In this document: piece by piece, positions 36,751 through 46,911 of the stretch
How positions within the stretch are numbered: the stretch's first letter is position 1
Layout: each line of letters starts with the position of its first letter
IMG/VR virus record: IMGVR_UViG_3300030385_002649
Location: 1-64,000 of that record
DNA length: 64,000 nt
Strand: one strand, 5' to 3'
Translations under genes and position numbers: made by a program
The notes under the pieces: model-generated
Seen by the model: only the letters and a program-made list of their open reading frames with translations
Told to the model about the DNA's origin: nothing
Database searches by the model: none

Positions 36751-38972
36751 AACTCGATATTGGACACCATGACGTTGTAACGTCAACGGACTTCGAAACA
36801 ACGAAGTTCTCCGCAGGGAACCTAGCAGTTCTATTTAAAATCCTGCGAAAGAAAATGTACTCGGACCCAATCTACACCATCTGTCAAGAGGTGATGAGCA
36901 ACGCCCGAGACGCGCATATCGAGGCTGGCAAAGCACACGTGCCAATCCTCGTAAAACTCCCCGATGATTTCGAATCATCAATACGAATCCAAGACTTCGG
37001 GCCGGGCATCAGTCCCAGCCGAATGGCAGGAGTCGTCTGCAAATACGGAGAATCGACAAAAAGAGAGGCCAACGACGAATCGGGAGGCTTCGGGCTAGGG
37101 TTCAAAACACCCTTCGCTTACGTTCCAACCTTCACCATTATCGCTACCACTCCCGAACCAGGCGGCGAAGGAGTAGAGTACATCACTCGACAATACCAAG
37201 CTTACATTGACAAGACTGGTGTCGGAGCGATTAGCCTCTTAAGAGAATACGAGGGAACCGCTGAAGAACAAGGCACGTCCATCATCATTCCGGTCATGGA
37301 AAAAGACTATAGCCGATTCTCGGATTGCGTCCTTAATGCGGCTTTTTTCTGGAACGTACGTCCTAAGGTCGTCGACCTCAGACTCGCGGCGAACGCTAAA
37401 GTCTCATTTTCCACGGCTGACAAGTACAAAAAACCACAAGACTGGCGATGGATTAAGATAGATTGGAAATTCGAGGGATACGGAGACCGCTGGAAAGTTT
37501 TAAACACTCAGAACATTTCATACGGTGGTGGGCGAACTCGTGCTTCTGGGGTGATTATTGATGGTATTCAATATCCTCTGCACCTTAGTAAAATCTACGA
37601 AGATGGAACAGTTCCAGGCTATATTCGGCGAATTGTCGAGAAATCCTGCTTAAAACTGTTCTTTTCCGTTGGTGATCTAGAGGTAACATCTAACCGTGAG
37701 GACCTAGACTACAACGATGACGTTCGCCGGAAGCTCAAGTATTTGCTTTACCGTGCTAAGGCAGAACTGTTAGGTTCGGCTAGAGAACGACTTTCTAGCG
37801 CTAACAACATCTACGAAGCAACGTCTCTCTTCAGAAAACTCAAAGATGACCCTGCTTATCCAATGGTAAGCAATGTGTGGGACGGGGCAGCGTTACAAGA
37901 GAAAATCAGCTTTGGTAGTTCAGCCGAAATCTATAAGTATGAGTATTATGGTGGTGGGTCGGTTACCCGTACTGGAAAGTACACTTCTTACTCCTCACAA
38001 TACAATTATAATCTAAACATTCCAATCCGTTCGGATGTGATGATAATTGAAGACGACTTGTGGCAAAACCGCCCGTCGATCCCCAGGATCGAGACAATTT
38101 TCGAGCTTAACCCAAAACTTGATTCTGTCTACGTTGTCAAGTTTCCTAAACCTGAAACACCAGGCGACAAAGTTGAGGCTCACAACAACTGGGAGAAGGC
38201 AAGAGTTAAGTGGGATCGTTTTAAGGTTCCATTACTGTCATCATTCCCCAAGAAGAGAAAATCGGTAACTAGAGCTAAGTCGAGAATTAGCAAGGTAAAA
38301 CTCGCTAGGGGAAGCGGATGGGATCACACTGATATCAGCCCTGAGTCAGGTTCTGGTCTTTGTGTCATCCTGAAGGGTAAGGATATTTACTCTGACTGGG
38401 AGAAGAAAAAACTTGTTAGTCGAAGAAACTCTATAGCAATAGCGGATTTCTTCAACATGGACTTGTATGGGGTTTTTTCCCGTTGGGTTCCTAAAATGGG
38501 GAGTGGCTGGAAGAACGTAAGGGATTTCGCTTTCAAGAAGCTGGAGAAAATGCGCAAGGATCCTGAGATCATAATTGGTCTTAAGCAGGATCCGGCATGG
38601 AACCCTAATGAAGGTCTTCCGACATACTTGTACAATTTTCTCGTTAAGTGGAGAGATGATCTGGATCCGATGGGGGTTGCTCGGTCTTATCTTGATGCTG
38701 CGGTTGATGACAAAACTGACGGCAAGATTGAAGAACTTAATAACTTGGAAGGGTTGCTTGGTCAACCTCAATCTACGAGGGAGAAAAATGCGACTCTTCA
38801 GAACTTGCATGACAAGTTTTGGAAAGCCTACACGATGATTGAGAAGCATCATCGTGCTTTTGGCGTTAAAGAAGAAGAAATCAAGTTTTATATCATGGCT
38901 AAGGACGCGCATATGGCGCAAGAAGCCAACATTATACCTGTCAACATTGTTGACGCAGAAGGAGACGACTGA
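36747..38972 (+). CDS. rIIA: RIIA-like protein (GHKL/Hsp90-type ATPase N-terminus)
   Basis: KMYSDPIYTICQEVMSNARDAH, IQDFGPGIS, YGESTK, GGFGLGFKTPFAY; directly upstream of rIIB. Confidence 0.85.
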   Translation: MKLDIGHHDVVTSTDFETTKFSAGNLAVLFKILRKKMYSDPIYTICQEVMSNARDAHIEAGKAHVPILVKLPDDFESSIRIQDFGPGISPSRMAGVVCKYGESTKREANDESGGFGLGFKTPFAYVPTFTIIATTPEPGGEGVEYITRQYQAYIDKTGVGAISLLREYEGTAEEQGTSIIIPVMEKDYSRFSDCVLNAAFFWNVRPKVVDLRLAANAKVSFSTADKYKKPQDWRWIKIDWKFEGYGDRWKVLNTQNISYGGGRTRASGVIIDGIQYPLHLSKIYEDGTVPGYIRRIVEKSCLKLFFSVGDLEVTSNREDLDYNDDVRRKLKYLLYRAKAELLGSARERLSSANNIYEATSLFRKLKDDPAYPMVSNVWDGAALQEKISFGSSAEIYKYEYYGGGSVTRTGKYTSYSSQYNYNLNIPIRSDVMIIEDDLWQNRPSIPRIETIFELNPKLDSVYVVKFPKPETPGDKVEAHNNWEKARVKWDRFKVPLLSSFPKKRKSVTRAKSRISKVKLARGSGWDHTDISPESGSGLCVILKGKDIYSDWEKKKLVSRRNSIAIADFFNMDLYGVFSRWVPKMGSGWKNVRDFAFKKLEKMRKDPEIIIGLKQDPAWNPNEGLPTYLYNFLVKWRDDLDPMGVARSYLDAAVDDKTDGKIEELNNLEGLLGQPQSTREKNATLQNLHDKFWKAYTMIEKHHRAFGVKEEEIKFYIMAKDAHMAQEANIIPVNIVDAEGDD

Positions 38973-40054
38973 TGAAGTACGTCAATCATATTATGGGAGC
39001 TGGTCACGTCACTATGATCTTCTCAGATCGTGACCCGATTAACATTCTAAGTGACAACCCTCAATATCACGCCATCGTCGGATGTCTAAGACAGCAGCAG
39101 TTCGACAAGGCTGCAACGCTTGCCGATAGGGCTTCGATGGTCGCGGAGACGACGAAGGGTAAGTTCGTCGTTAGGAATGGTGTCATTGTTATCGACGGTG
39201 AGTTGATTCCTCGCGTCTTGTCCAATCGGTTGCTTCAATTTGTGGAGCATCACTTGGATACGTCCGCTCTGGAGAACTTCTGGGACAACCTTAAGGAGAA
39301 CCCGAGCGAGGAATCGAAGAAGGACCTTTTCCTTTTCTTGGAGAAGAATCACATTCCCTTGACCGAAGATGGGTGCTTCATTGGTTATAAGAAGGTGAAT
39401 GACGATTTCACTGACTGTCATACCGGCTCGATTGACAACACGCCCGGTATTGTTGTTAGGATGCCTAGGGATAAGGTGAGCGCCGATCGAACTGTGCACT
39501 GTGGCCCTGGTCTTCACGTCGCTGACTTCTCCTACGCCGATAAGGCAATGGGTACTGGAGTAATGTTGAAGGTCAAGGTCCACCCTAAGGACGTGGTGTC
39601 GGTGCCTAATGACCACAATGCGAAGAAGATGCGAGTTTGTCGTTATCAGTCTCTTGAGGTGTATGGTGACGACGTTGAGATTCCTGAGCAACTTGTGGTT
39701 GAACCTACTGAGGCTAAGGAAGTTAAGCGTCGAGTTGTTGGCAAGAGGGCTAAGTCTGCTGTCCTTAAGGCTGACAAGGAAGGTCGGATCAGAATTCCTG
39801 GTAAGATTATGCGTCAGATCGGTGCTGGTGTTGGGCACAAGGTTAAGGCGTTTGTCAATAACGTTCGTAGTCGTAACGTCATGGTTGTCTTTCATAAGAC
39901 CAACGCGACTTTCCACGCTTCTAACGAGTACAGAGTGGGTGACGATAACAGCATCCGTCTTTCGCCATCTTTCTTGCGCAACGCTAAGATCGACGGGTAT
40001 GATGAATACAAGGTGCGCCTTAAGGATGACGCTCTAGAAATCCGGGTTAACTAA
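38972..40054 (+). CDS. rIIB: RIIB-like protein with C-terminal AbrB-like extension
   Basis: IPLTEDGCFIGYKKV, CGPGLHV, VKVHPKDVVSVP..KMRVCRY. Confidence 0.85.
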   Translation: MKYVNHIMGAGHVTMIFSDRDPINILSDNPQYHAIVGCLRQQQFDKAATLADRASMVAETTKGKFVVRNGVIVIDGELIPRVLSNRLLQFVEHHLDTSALENFWDNLKENPSEESKKDLFLFLEKNHIPLTEDGCFIGYKKVNDDFTDCHTGSIDNTPGIVVRMPRDKVSADRTVHCGPGLHVADFSYADKAMGTGVMLKVKVHPKDVVSVPNDHNAKKMRVCRYQSLEVYGDDVEIPEQLVVEPTEAKEVKRRVVGKRAKSAVLKADKEGRIRIPGKIMRQIGAGVGHKVKAFVNNVRSRNVMVVFHKTNATFHASNEYRVGDDNSIRLSPSFLRNAKIDGYDEYKVRLKDDALEIRVN

Positions 40055-40138
40055 TGGGCTATAACCCTGCGGACCCCTGGCCATCGAACACGGCGGTCAG
40101 TGGGGTCGGCATCCAATTTCTAGCAGAGAGATTTAAGA

Positions 40139-40390
40139 ATGAACATTCAACAACAACGTGAGTTTTTCAAAAAGGAGGCTAAGAGGTGTGGTCTCTGTCC
40201 AGGTTATCAACAATTAACTGAAGAACAGGCAAGTGAGTCCTTGAGGAAAGTTTGTGATAACCTGGACGATGACACCACGACTGTTCTGATTAGGGGAGCG
40301 GGGATGACATCTGGGGCTAGGTGTTTGATGGGTTCTCGTGCTCTCCTTGCATATTTTGAGGAAGGAGGGAGTGTTACGGATGAGCAATGA
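40139..40390 (+). CDS. Hypothetical protein
   Basis: ORF track. Confidence 0.55.
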   Translation: MNIQQQREFFKKEAKRCGLCPGYQQLTEEQASESLRKVCDNLDDDTTTVLIRGAGMTSGARCLMGSRALLAYFEEGGSVTDEQ

Positions 40391-40868
40391 AGCTTTCTGC
40401 CCAGAGTTTCAACTTGAAGTTGGAAACGACAGCTATCACTGGGGGTCGGCGGTAGGTCTCGAGTTGATTGCGAAGCTGAACATTCCAACTGGGTATAGTT
40501 ATGGGCAAGCCCTTATGCGGCTTGCCCAGTACGAGAGCAATTTCGGGTTGTATTTAAGAGATTTTTTGGAAGAAATGGCCGATGAGAAGGACAACCGAGA
40601 GCCTCCTTTTGAGGATGTCGACGAACTTCTTGAAGAGGAGAACGTTGATGAACATCAAGTTCATCGATTTAAATCGTTTTTGTTTGTTGATAGAGATTGT
40701 GCCTCGACAACTATCATTTCTTTTGATGAATTCATCCAGAAGGCGAAAAAAGAAGTGTGGGATCGCGAGCAGAAGTTCGTTGGTTTCAACTCTTGGCGCT
40801 ATGGGTGTAAGATTTCAGAAAAAGACCCATATTGGTCTTGGAAAGGATTTGTAACGGATGCCAACTGA
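40380..40868 (+). CDS. Hypothetical protein
   Basis: GGGAG RBS. Confidence 0.65.
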   Translation: MSNEAFCPEFQLEVGNDSYHWGSAVGLELIAKLNIPTGYSYGQALMRLAQYESNFGLYLRDFLEEMADEKDNREPPFEDVDELLEEENVDEHQVHRFKSFLFVDRDCASTTIISFDEFIQKAKKEVWDREQKFVGFNSWRYGCKISEKDPYWSWKGFVTDAN

Positions 40869-41018
40869 TGAGACGAAGACTAATGAGGATGACAAGCCAA
40901 GTGGTGGCGGCGAGGTTCAATACGAACGCATCGCTAACATCTGGACCCTTATCCCAATCAGTAAGTAAGCAGAGACGATGATCTCTGAGAAACATACAAA
41001 GGATTGGTACCGGGATAA

Positions 41019-41726
41019 ATGAAAATCACACGAGGACAGGCATCGCTAATCGCAGACCTCCAAGCGAGGTTGGTTGATAAACTCAACATCAAGGTAGGCT
41101 ATGCGCACCCAAGTATCACTATCTTACCTGATGATGTAGACTTCATCATCTGCGAAACGGAAGAAGCTGACGACGAGGAGATCCAACTGATACACAGGGA
41201 TGATCTAATTGTTGAATGGGTTGATGAAAGCACAATGCGTATCCTCGCTGATGAAGAACCAAAGCATGACAGCATCGTTGTAGAATTCCTCGGAAGGATC
41301 GACGAGTGGCTGACCGAAGGGGTTCTCTGGTTTGATCCTTCCATCACGAAGGAAGTGGATGGGGTCCAAGTGAGTGTCACAAAGAAGTGTGGTATCTCCG
41401 AAGCGGACGCTATCTATGACACCAATCTGCTAAGTCCAAATTCCGGGTCTTTATATCGTTACGGTCAGATTTCTTTTGCAGCTAAGTTGGACCGACGATT
41501 TAGGGCTTTGAAGAAAGTTATTGATGAAGAATGGCCTCAGGACAAGGCTAATTTCGCGTCTAAGATGCGTGCTATTCATCATAAGTCGGCGCGTCTCCCT
41601 ATTGAGGAGATTGTGCAGCAGAAGAGGGTTGTCGAGTCTGCTCCCTCGTTAAAGAATTTCGCCAAGGATGTAGTGAAGTATTTGATAAAGCAGTTTCGCA
41701 AAAAAGCGTTTCGCACAGACATTTAA
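41019..41726 (+). CDS. Hypothetical protein
   Basis: 235-aa ORF. Confidence 0.7.
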   Translation: MKITRGQASLIADLQARLVDKLNIKVGYAHPSITILPDDVDFIICETEEADDEEIQLIHRDDLIVEWVDESTMRILADEEPKHDSIVVEFLGRIDEWLTEGVLWFDPSITKEVDGVQVSVTKKCGISEADAIYDTNLLSPNSGSLYRYGQISFAAKLDRRFRALKKVIDEEWPQDKANFASKMRAIHHKSARLPIEEIVQQKRVVESAPSLKNFAKDVVKYLIKQFRKKAFRTDI

Positions 41727-41758
41727 AATCACCCTTTGTTCCTTTTAGGAGTATTATC

Positions 41759-42250
41759 ATGGACCGTTCGTATATCTTCATGAGCGAAATCGGAATTTCG
41801 CTCGCAATGGAGTTCACGCCTGAGAACACGGAGAGTCTCAAATTCGCAATCGCTTTCTGCAACAAGAAGGACAACTTCAACCGTAAGACAGCCCGGGGCA
41901 TTCTGGACAAGCGTTTGGAAAAAGAAGCTTCGACATACCTACGATCAACCGCTTTCGAAGGTGACAAGCCTCGCAAGGACGTCTTGATCCCGTTTGCTAA
42001 CGCTCTTGGTGATTATGTCCAGGAGAACGTCATCATCCGTTTGAAATCTGGCGATGAAATCCGAGGATTTCTCTGTGAGAACCCGAATGGTGACACTGTA
42101 ATTCGGCGTGGTCGTGACACTATCACGATTGATACTGGGAATATTGACAGTATCACCACGACGAGCTGTCGTCGCAACGTAGATAATGTGTTGGAGGCGT
42201 TCCAGCAAGTCAACATCAACCAAGAACAAGAAGACCTAGTGGTCGTCTAG
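41759..42250 (+). CDS. Hypothetical protein, possible C-terminal Sm-like barrel
   Basis: AGGAG RBS; VIIRLKSGDEIRGFL...TIDTGNIDSI. Confidence 0.6.
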   Translation: MDRSYIFMSEIGISLAMEFTPENTESLKFAIAFCNKKDNFNRKTARGILDKRLEKEASTYLRSTAFEGDKPRKDVLIPFANALGDYVQENVIIRLKSGDEIRGFLCENPNGDTVIRRGRDTITIDTGNIDSITTTSCRRNVDNVLEAFQQVNINQEQEDLVVV

Positions 42251-42262
42251 CGAGGAGATCAA

Positions 42263-43375
42263 ATGGTCAAGGCATTTGAAATTGGAAAATGGTATAGGGT
42301 TAAGAAGCCCGCCGAAGAAGCAGCCCCAGCACCATCTCGGGTAAGATGGGAGAATGACTATGACGACTACGATGGCAAAGTGTTGCAATGTCGTTACGTC
42401 TTCTTTAACAAGATCCACGGATTTCTAGGAGCCTCACGACTTTTTGGTTTCCACGCTAGCTGGGTTGAAGGCCCGTTCGACTCTAAAGAAGAAGCCGAAA
42501 AGCTTGGAAATTTCGTTGGGGCCCATTGGGACTCGATGAACCAAACCGGTTATCACGCCTATAAGAACGAACTCGGGGTCGTCACTGAGATTAAGCAGCC
42601 AACTGCTGCCGAGCAAGTTTCTTACCTGACTGCCACCGCGAAGAAAGAAATCTTCGACACTAGAGATAATTTCCGTGACCGCATGCTTCAGGCCGGAGTG
42701 GGAATCCCCGATCATTACATCGATCAGATCGCCAATCACAAGAAGCCCAAGATTTGGAAATCTACAGTTCCCTATGACGGTTCTAAAAAAATCGTCATGG
42801 TTTCGTCAGTGTCTGAGTCAAGCGCTTTGCAGCGTAAAGTTGATGACATGTTGACAGGGTTGCGCCAAACGTCTAAGTCTCAGCGTGAGATCCAACGACG
42901 TTTGGACTCCCTGGAGTTGAAGAATTTGACGGATATGGGCAGGGTGACTAAGATCATCGAAGATCGTCTAAACAAGTTCGAAGGTCAGAATTTCAACAGT
43001 GCATTCCAAGGCAAGGATGGAAAGCTGTACTGCGTAACTTCGGATAAGGGCCTGTTCGTTTATGACGATGAGGCTGGCGCTGGCAGTTGGTCGCTGATGA
43101 TGCCATCTGATTCTCTATCCTCGACGGAGAAGATGAAGGTTGAAATGAAGCGGATCGATGAGGAAGCTGACCGTGATATCGACAATATTATCGAAAATTA
43201 CAACAAGCGCCGCGCCGCTGACCGGAAGCACAGTGAGAAGCTCCGCAAGAACTTCGACAATAACAAGACCGTCCCGGTGAAAAAGAAGAGCCTCCCTCTT
43301 TGGTTGGCCGTTGGGCTGGGCTCGATCAGCGCTACAGCTGCCACGCTTGGGACTGTCTTTTACTGGTTGTTCTAA
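42263..43375 (+). CDS. Tail-anchored coiled-coil protein with the shared N-terminal barrel-like domain
   Basis: FEIGKWYRV...FGFHASWVEGP; C-terminal TM; GAGGAG RBS. Confidence 0.7.
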   Translation: MVKAFEIGKWYRVKKPAEEAAPAPSRVRWENDYDDYDGKVLQCRYVFFNKIHGFLGASRLFGFHASWVEGPFDSKEEAEKLGNFVGAHWDSMNQTGYHAYKNELGVVTEIKQPTAAEQVSYLTATAKKEIFDTRDNFRDRMLQAGVGIPDHYIDQIANHKKPKIWKSTVPYDGSKKIVMVSSVSESSALQRKVDDMLTGLRQTSKSQREIQRRLDSLELKNLTDMGRVTKIIEDRLNKFEGQNFNSAFQGKDGKLYCVTSDKGLFVYDDEAGAGSWSLMMPSDSLSSTEKMKVEMKRIDEEADRDIDNIIENYNKRRAADRKHSEKLRKNFDNNKTVPVKKKSLPLWLAVGLGSISATAATLGTVFYWLF

Positions 43376-43767
43376 TGGCGAAGAAGAAATCGAAGCTCGC
43401 CCGAGTTGAGATTAAGTGTACTGAGCCGGGTTGCGATGCAACCCGGCTCATTCACCATGCGTCCATCAAGGAGACAACCAGGTGTTGTGGTTGTCAAGAA
43501 GAAGCTAAAAGGCGAAAAGGCCGCGAGCGCTATCGAAGGCGTAAGGGCTTGCCTATTGAGGATCACTTGCAGAATCAGAACCAGAAGGATGAATACGTCG
43601 AAGAGGTTAAGAAAGCGCATGAAAGTGCATGGGAGAATATCGGTCCTCGTGATCCTGACGCTCCTAAACCTAAGACTCGACCTGAAGAGCAATCCTCCGA
43701 AATGTTGGGTCGGATTGCTAGTTTGTTAGACATGACCGGCGACGACGCCACAGACGATGATTGGTAG
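43375..43767 (+). CDS. Zn-finger/basic protein
   Basis: CTEPGC...RCCGC followed by KRRKGRERYRRRK. Confidence 0.65.
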   Translation: MAKKKSKLARVEIKCTEPGCDATRLIHHASIKETTRCCGCQEEAKRRKGRERYRRRKGLPIEDHLQNQNQKDEYVEEVKKAHESAWENIGPRDPDAPKPKTRPEEQSSEMLGRIASLLDMTGDDATDDDW

Positions 43768-43899
43768 GATTATGAGTTGTGAAGACTGTAACTGTGAGTC
43801 AGGGACCCCGGATGGTACCTGTAATTATCGAAGCGCCATGGATGTACTAGGCGCAATTATGCAAGGCACGGCACTCGTCGGAATCCTTGTTGCGACCTT

Positions 43900-44265
43900 T
43901 TGGTTGCTACTGTAACGGTGAGCGACCAAAAATTGTCGAAGCTATCAAATGGGGATTACCTGTTTGAGCTACCAAGCGGATATACAATGCGAATCATGTC
44001 AGATGAACATTGTATATCCGCTTCTTTGTATAAGGACTCGGAGGGTGATGACTCGCCCCCGATAAAAGATTTTCAATTCAATCATGGTGACCCTCCCGAG
44101 GTTGATCCGTTGATTGAAATTGAACGTCAGAAGAGACTCTCTGAGGTCTATGCTGACCCTGACCTTTCTGACGAAGACCACGGGTATTGGCGCGGTAGAG
44201 TCGATGGCCTGGACCAGTTGGAGCGCTTCGTAAATTGCGGAGAGATCCAACCCCTTGAGGATTAG
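43900..44265 (+). CDS. Hypothetical protein
   Basis: ORF track. Confidence 0.5.
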   Translation: MVATVTVSDQKLSKLSNGDYLFELPSGYTMRIMSDEHCISASLYKDSEGDDSPPIKDFQFNHGDPPEVDPLIEIERQKRLSEVYADPDLSDEDHGYWRGRVDGLDQLERFVNCGEIQPLED

Positions 44266-44363
44266 GGGTTTCCGAGAGGAAGTCCTTGTATCTAAGAGCA
44301 AACGGACGAAAAGTCCACCCTGTTTCGAAATCTGTTTTTTCAACCTCAACATTGTGAGGAATC

Positions 44364-45680
44364 ATGAATATTTCAATTGGTAAGAAAGCTGTGCTGCTCT
44401 GTCGTGCGGCGGGAATCACGTCCTTTATGTGGGGATTCCACGGGCTCGGCAAGTCGTCGATCCACAAGCAAGTCTGCCGAGAGCGTTTCTGGGGTTTCAT
44501 CGACGAGCGGTGCTCTCAGATGGAAGCGAGCGACCTGCGCGGTCTGCCTGACAAGCAGAACCAACGGACCGTCTATCTTCCCCCCGGTTCACTCCCCCGT
44601 GAGCATGAGGTCGGCCCAAACTGTCCCGCTTGCTTCTACGACGAGGAGTTCGGCCATGACCCGAAGGACGAGGCCAATAAGACGAAGTTCGACGAGATCC
44701 TGAAGACGACGCCCGACGCTGACTACTGCAAGGGTATGCTCTTCCTTGACGAGCTTAACCGTGCGGAGGACGACGTTCTCCAGGCTGCTTTCCAGCTTGT
44801 TCTCGACCGGGAAATCGGCATGTACAAGCTTCCGCCTGGTTGGTCGGTGCACGTTGCCGGTAACTTCGGTGGTGGGCAGGGAATGTATAGCGTCAACAAC
44901 TTCGACGACGCTGCGTTCCTTGACCGATTCTGTCACTTGACCCTTTCGCCTGACGACCGATATATGGAAGACTGGTCTAAGTACATGGTCGAGCGGGAGG
45001 AAGACGGGATTATCAACAAGATCTTGCAGTTCGTTTCCTTCAACGAGGATCACTTGACTGGTAAGCTAACCGGGTCGAACGACATCAGTATCCAACCATC
45101 GCCACGCTCTTGGGAGATGGTGAGTAAGGTTGAGGCTGCGTGTCGCAAACACCCAGAGTTGATCGAGGGTCGTAAGACCGTCATCTCTGGCCTCATCGGT
45201 CATGGCTTGGTCGAGACTTACGAGCAGTTCACTTGTAAGGTCACGCCCAACGAGATCATGAACCAGGGCCTCCGGAGCATTCAAAAGAAGCTGGAAGACC
45301 TTAACCGTAACGAGCTGGTCGGTCTCGTCTGGGCCCTTGGTGCTAACGCCAAGAAGCTTGAGAGGCCAACCACGACGGTGTGCAACAACGTGATTGACTT
45401 CTTGGAGTGGCTGGCCAACGTGAACGCTGAGCGAGATCTCGCCGTTTCGCTGTCCACCAACCTGGTGACCCTTGACGGAACCGAGCGTTCCCTAAGTGGC
45501 GCACTAGTTAGCAACCCTAGCCTGGCTAAGCTTGCTAAGAAGTACGGCATCGAGCCGGATAAGTCTAAGAACGATACCGGGTCCAACCCCTGGCTTGAGG
45601 GCTTGACCAATCGTCCTAGCCTCCAGGATTTGCTGTCTAGCATCACCAAAGCTAACGATTCAGCCACGAGCACTAAGTAG
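44364..45680 (+). CDS. MoxR-like AAA+ ATPase
   Basis: GFHGLGKSS, LFLDELNRA, VAGN, DAAFLDRF, PSPRSWE. Confidence 0.85.
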   Translation: MNISIGKKAVLLCRAAGITSFMWGFHGLGKSSIHKQVCRERFWGFIDERCSQMEASDLRGLPDKQNQRTVYLPPGSLPREHEVGPNCPACFYDEEFGHDPKDEANKTKFDEILKTTPDADYCKGMLFLDELNRAEDDVLQAAFQLVLDREIGMYKLPPGWSVHVAGNFGGGQGMYSVNNFDDAAFLDRFCHLTLSPDDRYMEDWSKYMVEREEDGIINKILQFVSFNEDHLTGKLTGSNDISIQPSPRSWEMVSKVEAACRKHPELIEGRKTVISGLIGHGLVETYEQFTCKVTPNEIMNQGLRSIQKKLEDLNRNELVGLVWALGANAKKLERPTTTVCNNVIDFLEWLANVNAERDLAVSLSTNLVTLDGTERSLSGALVSNPSLAKLAKKYGIEPDKSKNDTGSNPWLEGLTNRPSLQDLLSSITKANDSATSTK

Positions 45681-45906
45681 TGATCGACGGCGAACCCCGC
45701 CCCGTTTGGGAGGACTTTCTCAGGGATCCCCCTGAGCCGGTCCTCTCGTGGGCTCGATTTTGGAGCGCCCTAGACCGTTGTTTGGTGGCGGTGCTCTTGC
45801 TCAGTATCTTCAGCTTCTCTTATTTCCACTTGAGATCGCTTGAAGCCGCTGAAGCGTGTCTTGATTTGAATTGTGAATGTAGTACCCCTTACGGAGAGTA
45901 GGAAAA

Positions 45907-46410
45907 ATGACGATTTACTGTGATATGGACGGAGTTGTGGCCTCGTGGGAGAAAGCGAGGGACAATCTCGTCGGTCCAGGTGCTAGCAAATCCCAAACGT
46001 GGAAGGCCATTAGCAAAGCCGGACACAGCTTCTGGGCTAGCATCCCAGAATTTAAGTGGTCTCGGAAGTTTTACGACGATTTGAAGAGGACCGATGACAC
46101 TTGTTTTTTAACCAGCCCTAGTTTGGACCCTAGCTCGTGCTCTGGTAAGTTGGAATGGTTGCAAAGGTTCACTGAAGACAGGAACTTCCGTAATTACATT
46201 ATCACTAACCAAAAGTATCGCCTGGCGTACGGACCCGGAGCCATCCTAATCGATGACAAAGAGAAGCACGTCGATGCTTTCAATAAGAAGGGTGGGATCG
46301 GAATCCTATTTCCACGGCCTTACAACCGAGCAAGGGATCGCGCCGATGATCCGGTGAGCGCAGTGATGGAAACACTGTCTCTAATTTATCCGGGGCGCAT
46401 CCAAGTCTAG
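45907..46410 (+). CDS. 5'(3')-deoxyribonucleotidase (NT5C-like HAD)
   Basis: IYCDMDGVV, FLTSP, GKLEWL, ILIDD. Confidence 0.8.
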   Translation: MTIYCDMDGVVASWEKARDNLVGPGASKSQTWKAISKAGHSFWASIPEFKWSRKFYDDLKRTDDTCFLTSPSLDPSSCSGKLEWLQRFTEDRNFRNYIITNQKYRLAYGPGAILIDDKEKHVDAFNKKGGIGILFPRPYNRARDRADDPVSAVMETLSLIYPGRIQV

Positions 46411-46441
46411 GTCAAGAGGGAGAAATCGGTCTCCCGCTTGG

Positions 46442-46468
46442 CGTCCTGGGTAAGATGTAAAACTGCCC
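46442..46468 (+). ncRNA. Putative H-type pseudoknot motif, copy 3
   Basis: CGTCC-TGGGTA-AGATG-TAAAAC-TGCCC. Confidence 0.55.
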
Positions 46469-46494
46469 TCCTTCGGGACAACCACTAACAAGAG

Positions 46495-46911
46495 ATGATT
46501 ATGCAACTAAATCCAAGACACCCCTGGGGCTTCGGCCCAAGCATCTTCGAAGAAGCAATTGACGCCCTTGTCGAAAAACGATGCGGGAAAGTGATTGACC
46601 AAAACAACGAACTCCAAAAGCAACTCAACGCTTCCCGTCATACTTCAGTTGTCGGAAAAGCGTGGATCTCGAGAGTTGTGCCCGGATCATACTTTAATGG
46701 AAGGTGGGGTTATTTTAAAGTTGAAAAAGTTGATGGCGATGACGTTAAGGTTTTTCAACTTTTAGCAAATGGAGAATGGAATCCTTCCTCAATGACGATT
46801 TCAATGTATGAAGCTGCTCGTCATTGGTCCGAAGTTGACTCTGACCATGCCAATAGAGAAGCGCGGAGATTGAAAGATCAGTTAAAGAAGGATAAAAAGG
46901 ACAAGAAATGA
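46495..46911 (+). CDS. Hypothetical protein
   Basis: ORF track. Confidence 0.65.
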   Translation: MIMQLNPRHPWGFGPSIFEEAIDALVEKRCGKVIDQNNELQKQLNASRHTSVVGKAWISRVVPGSYFNGRWGYFKVEKVDGDDVKVFQLLANGEWNPSSMTISMYEAARHWSEVDSDHANREARRLKDQLKKDKKDKK

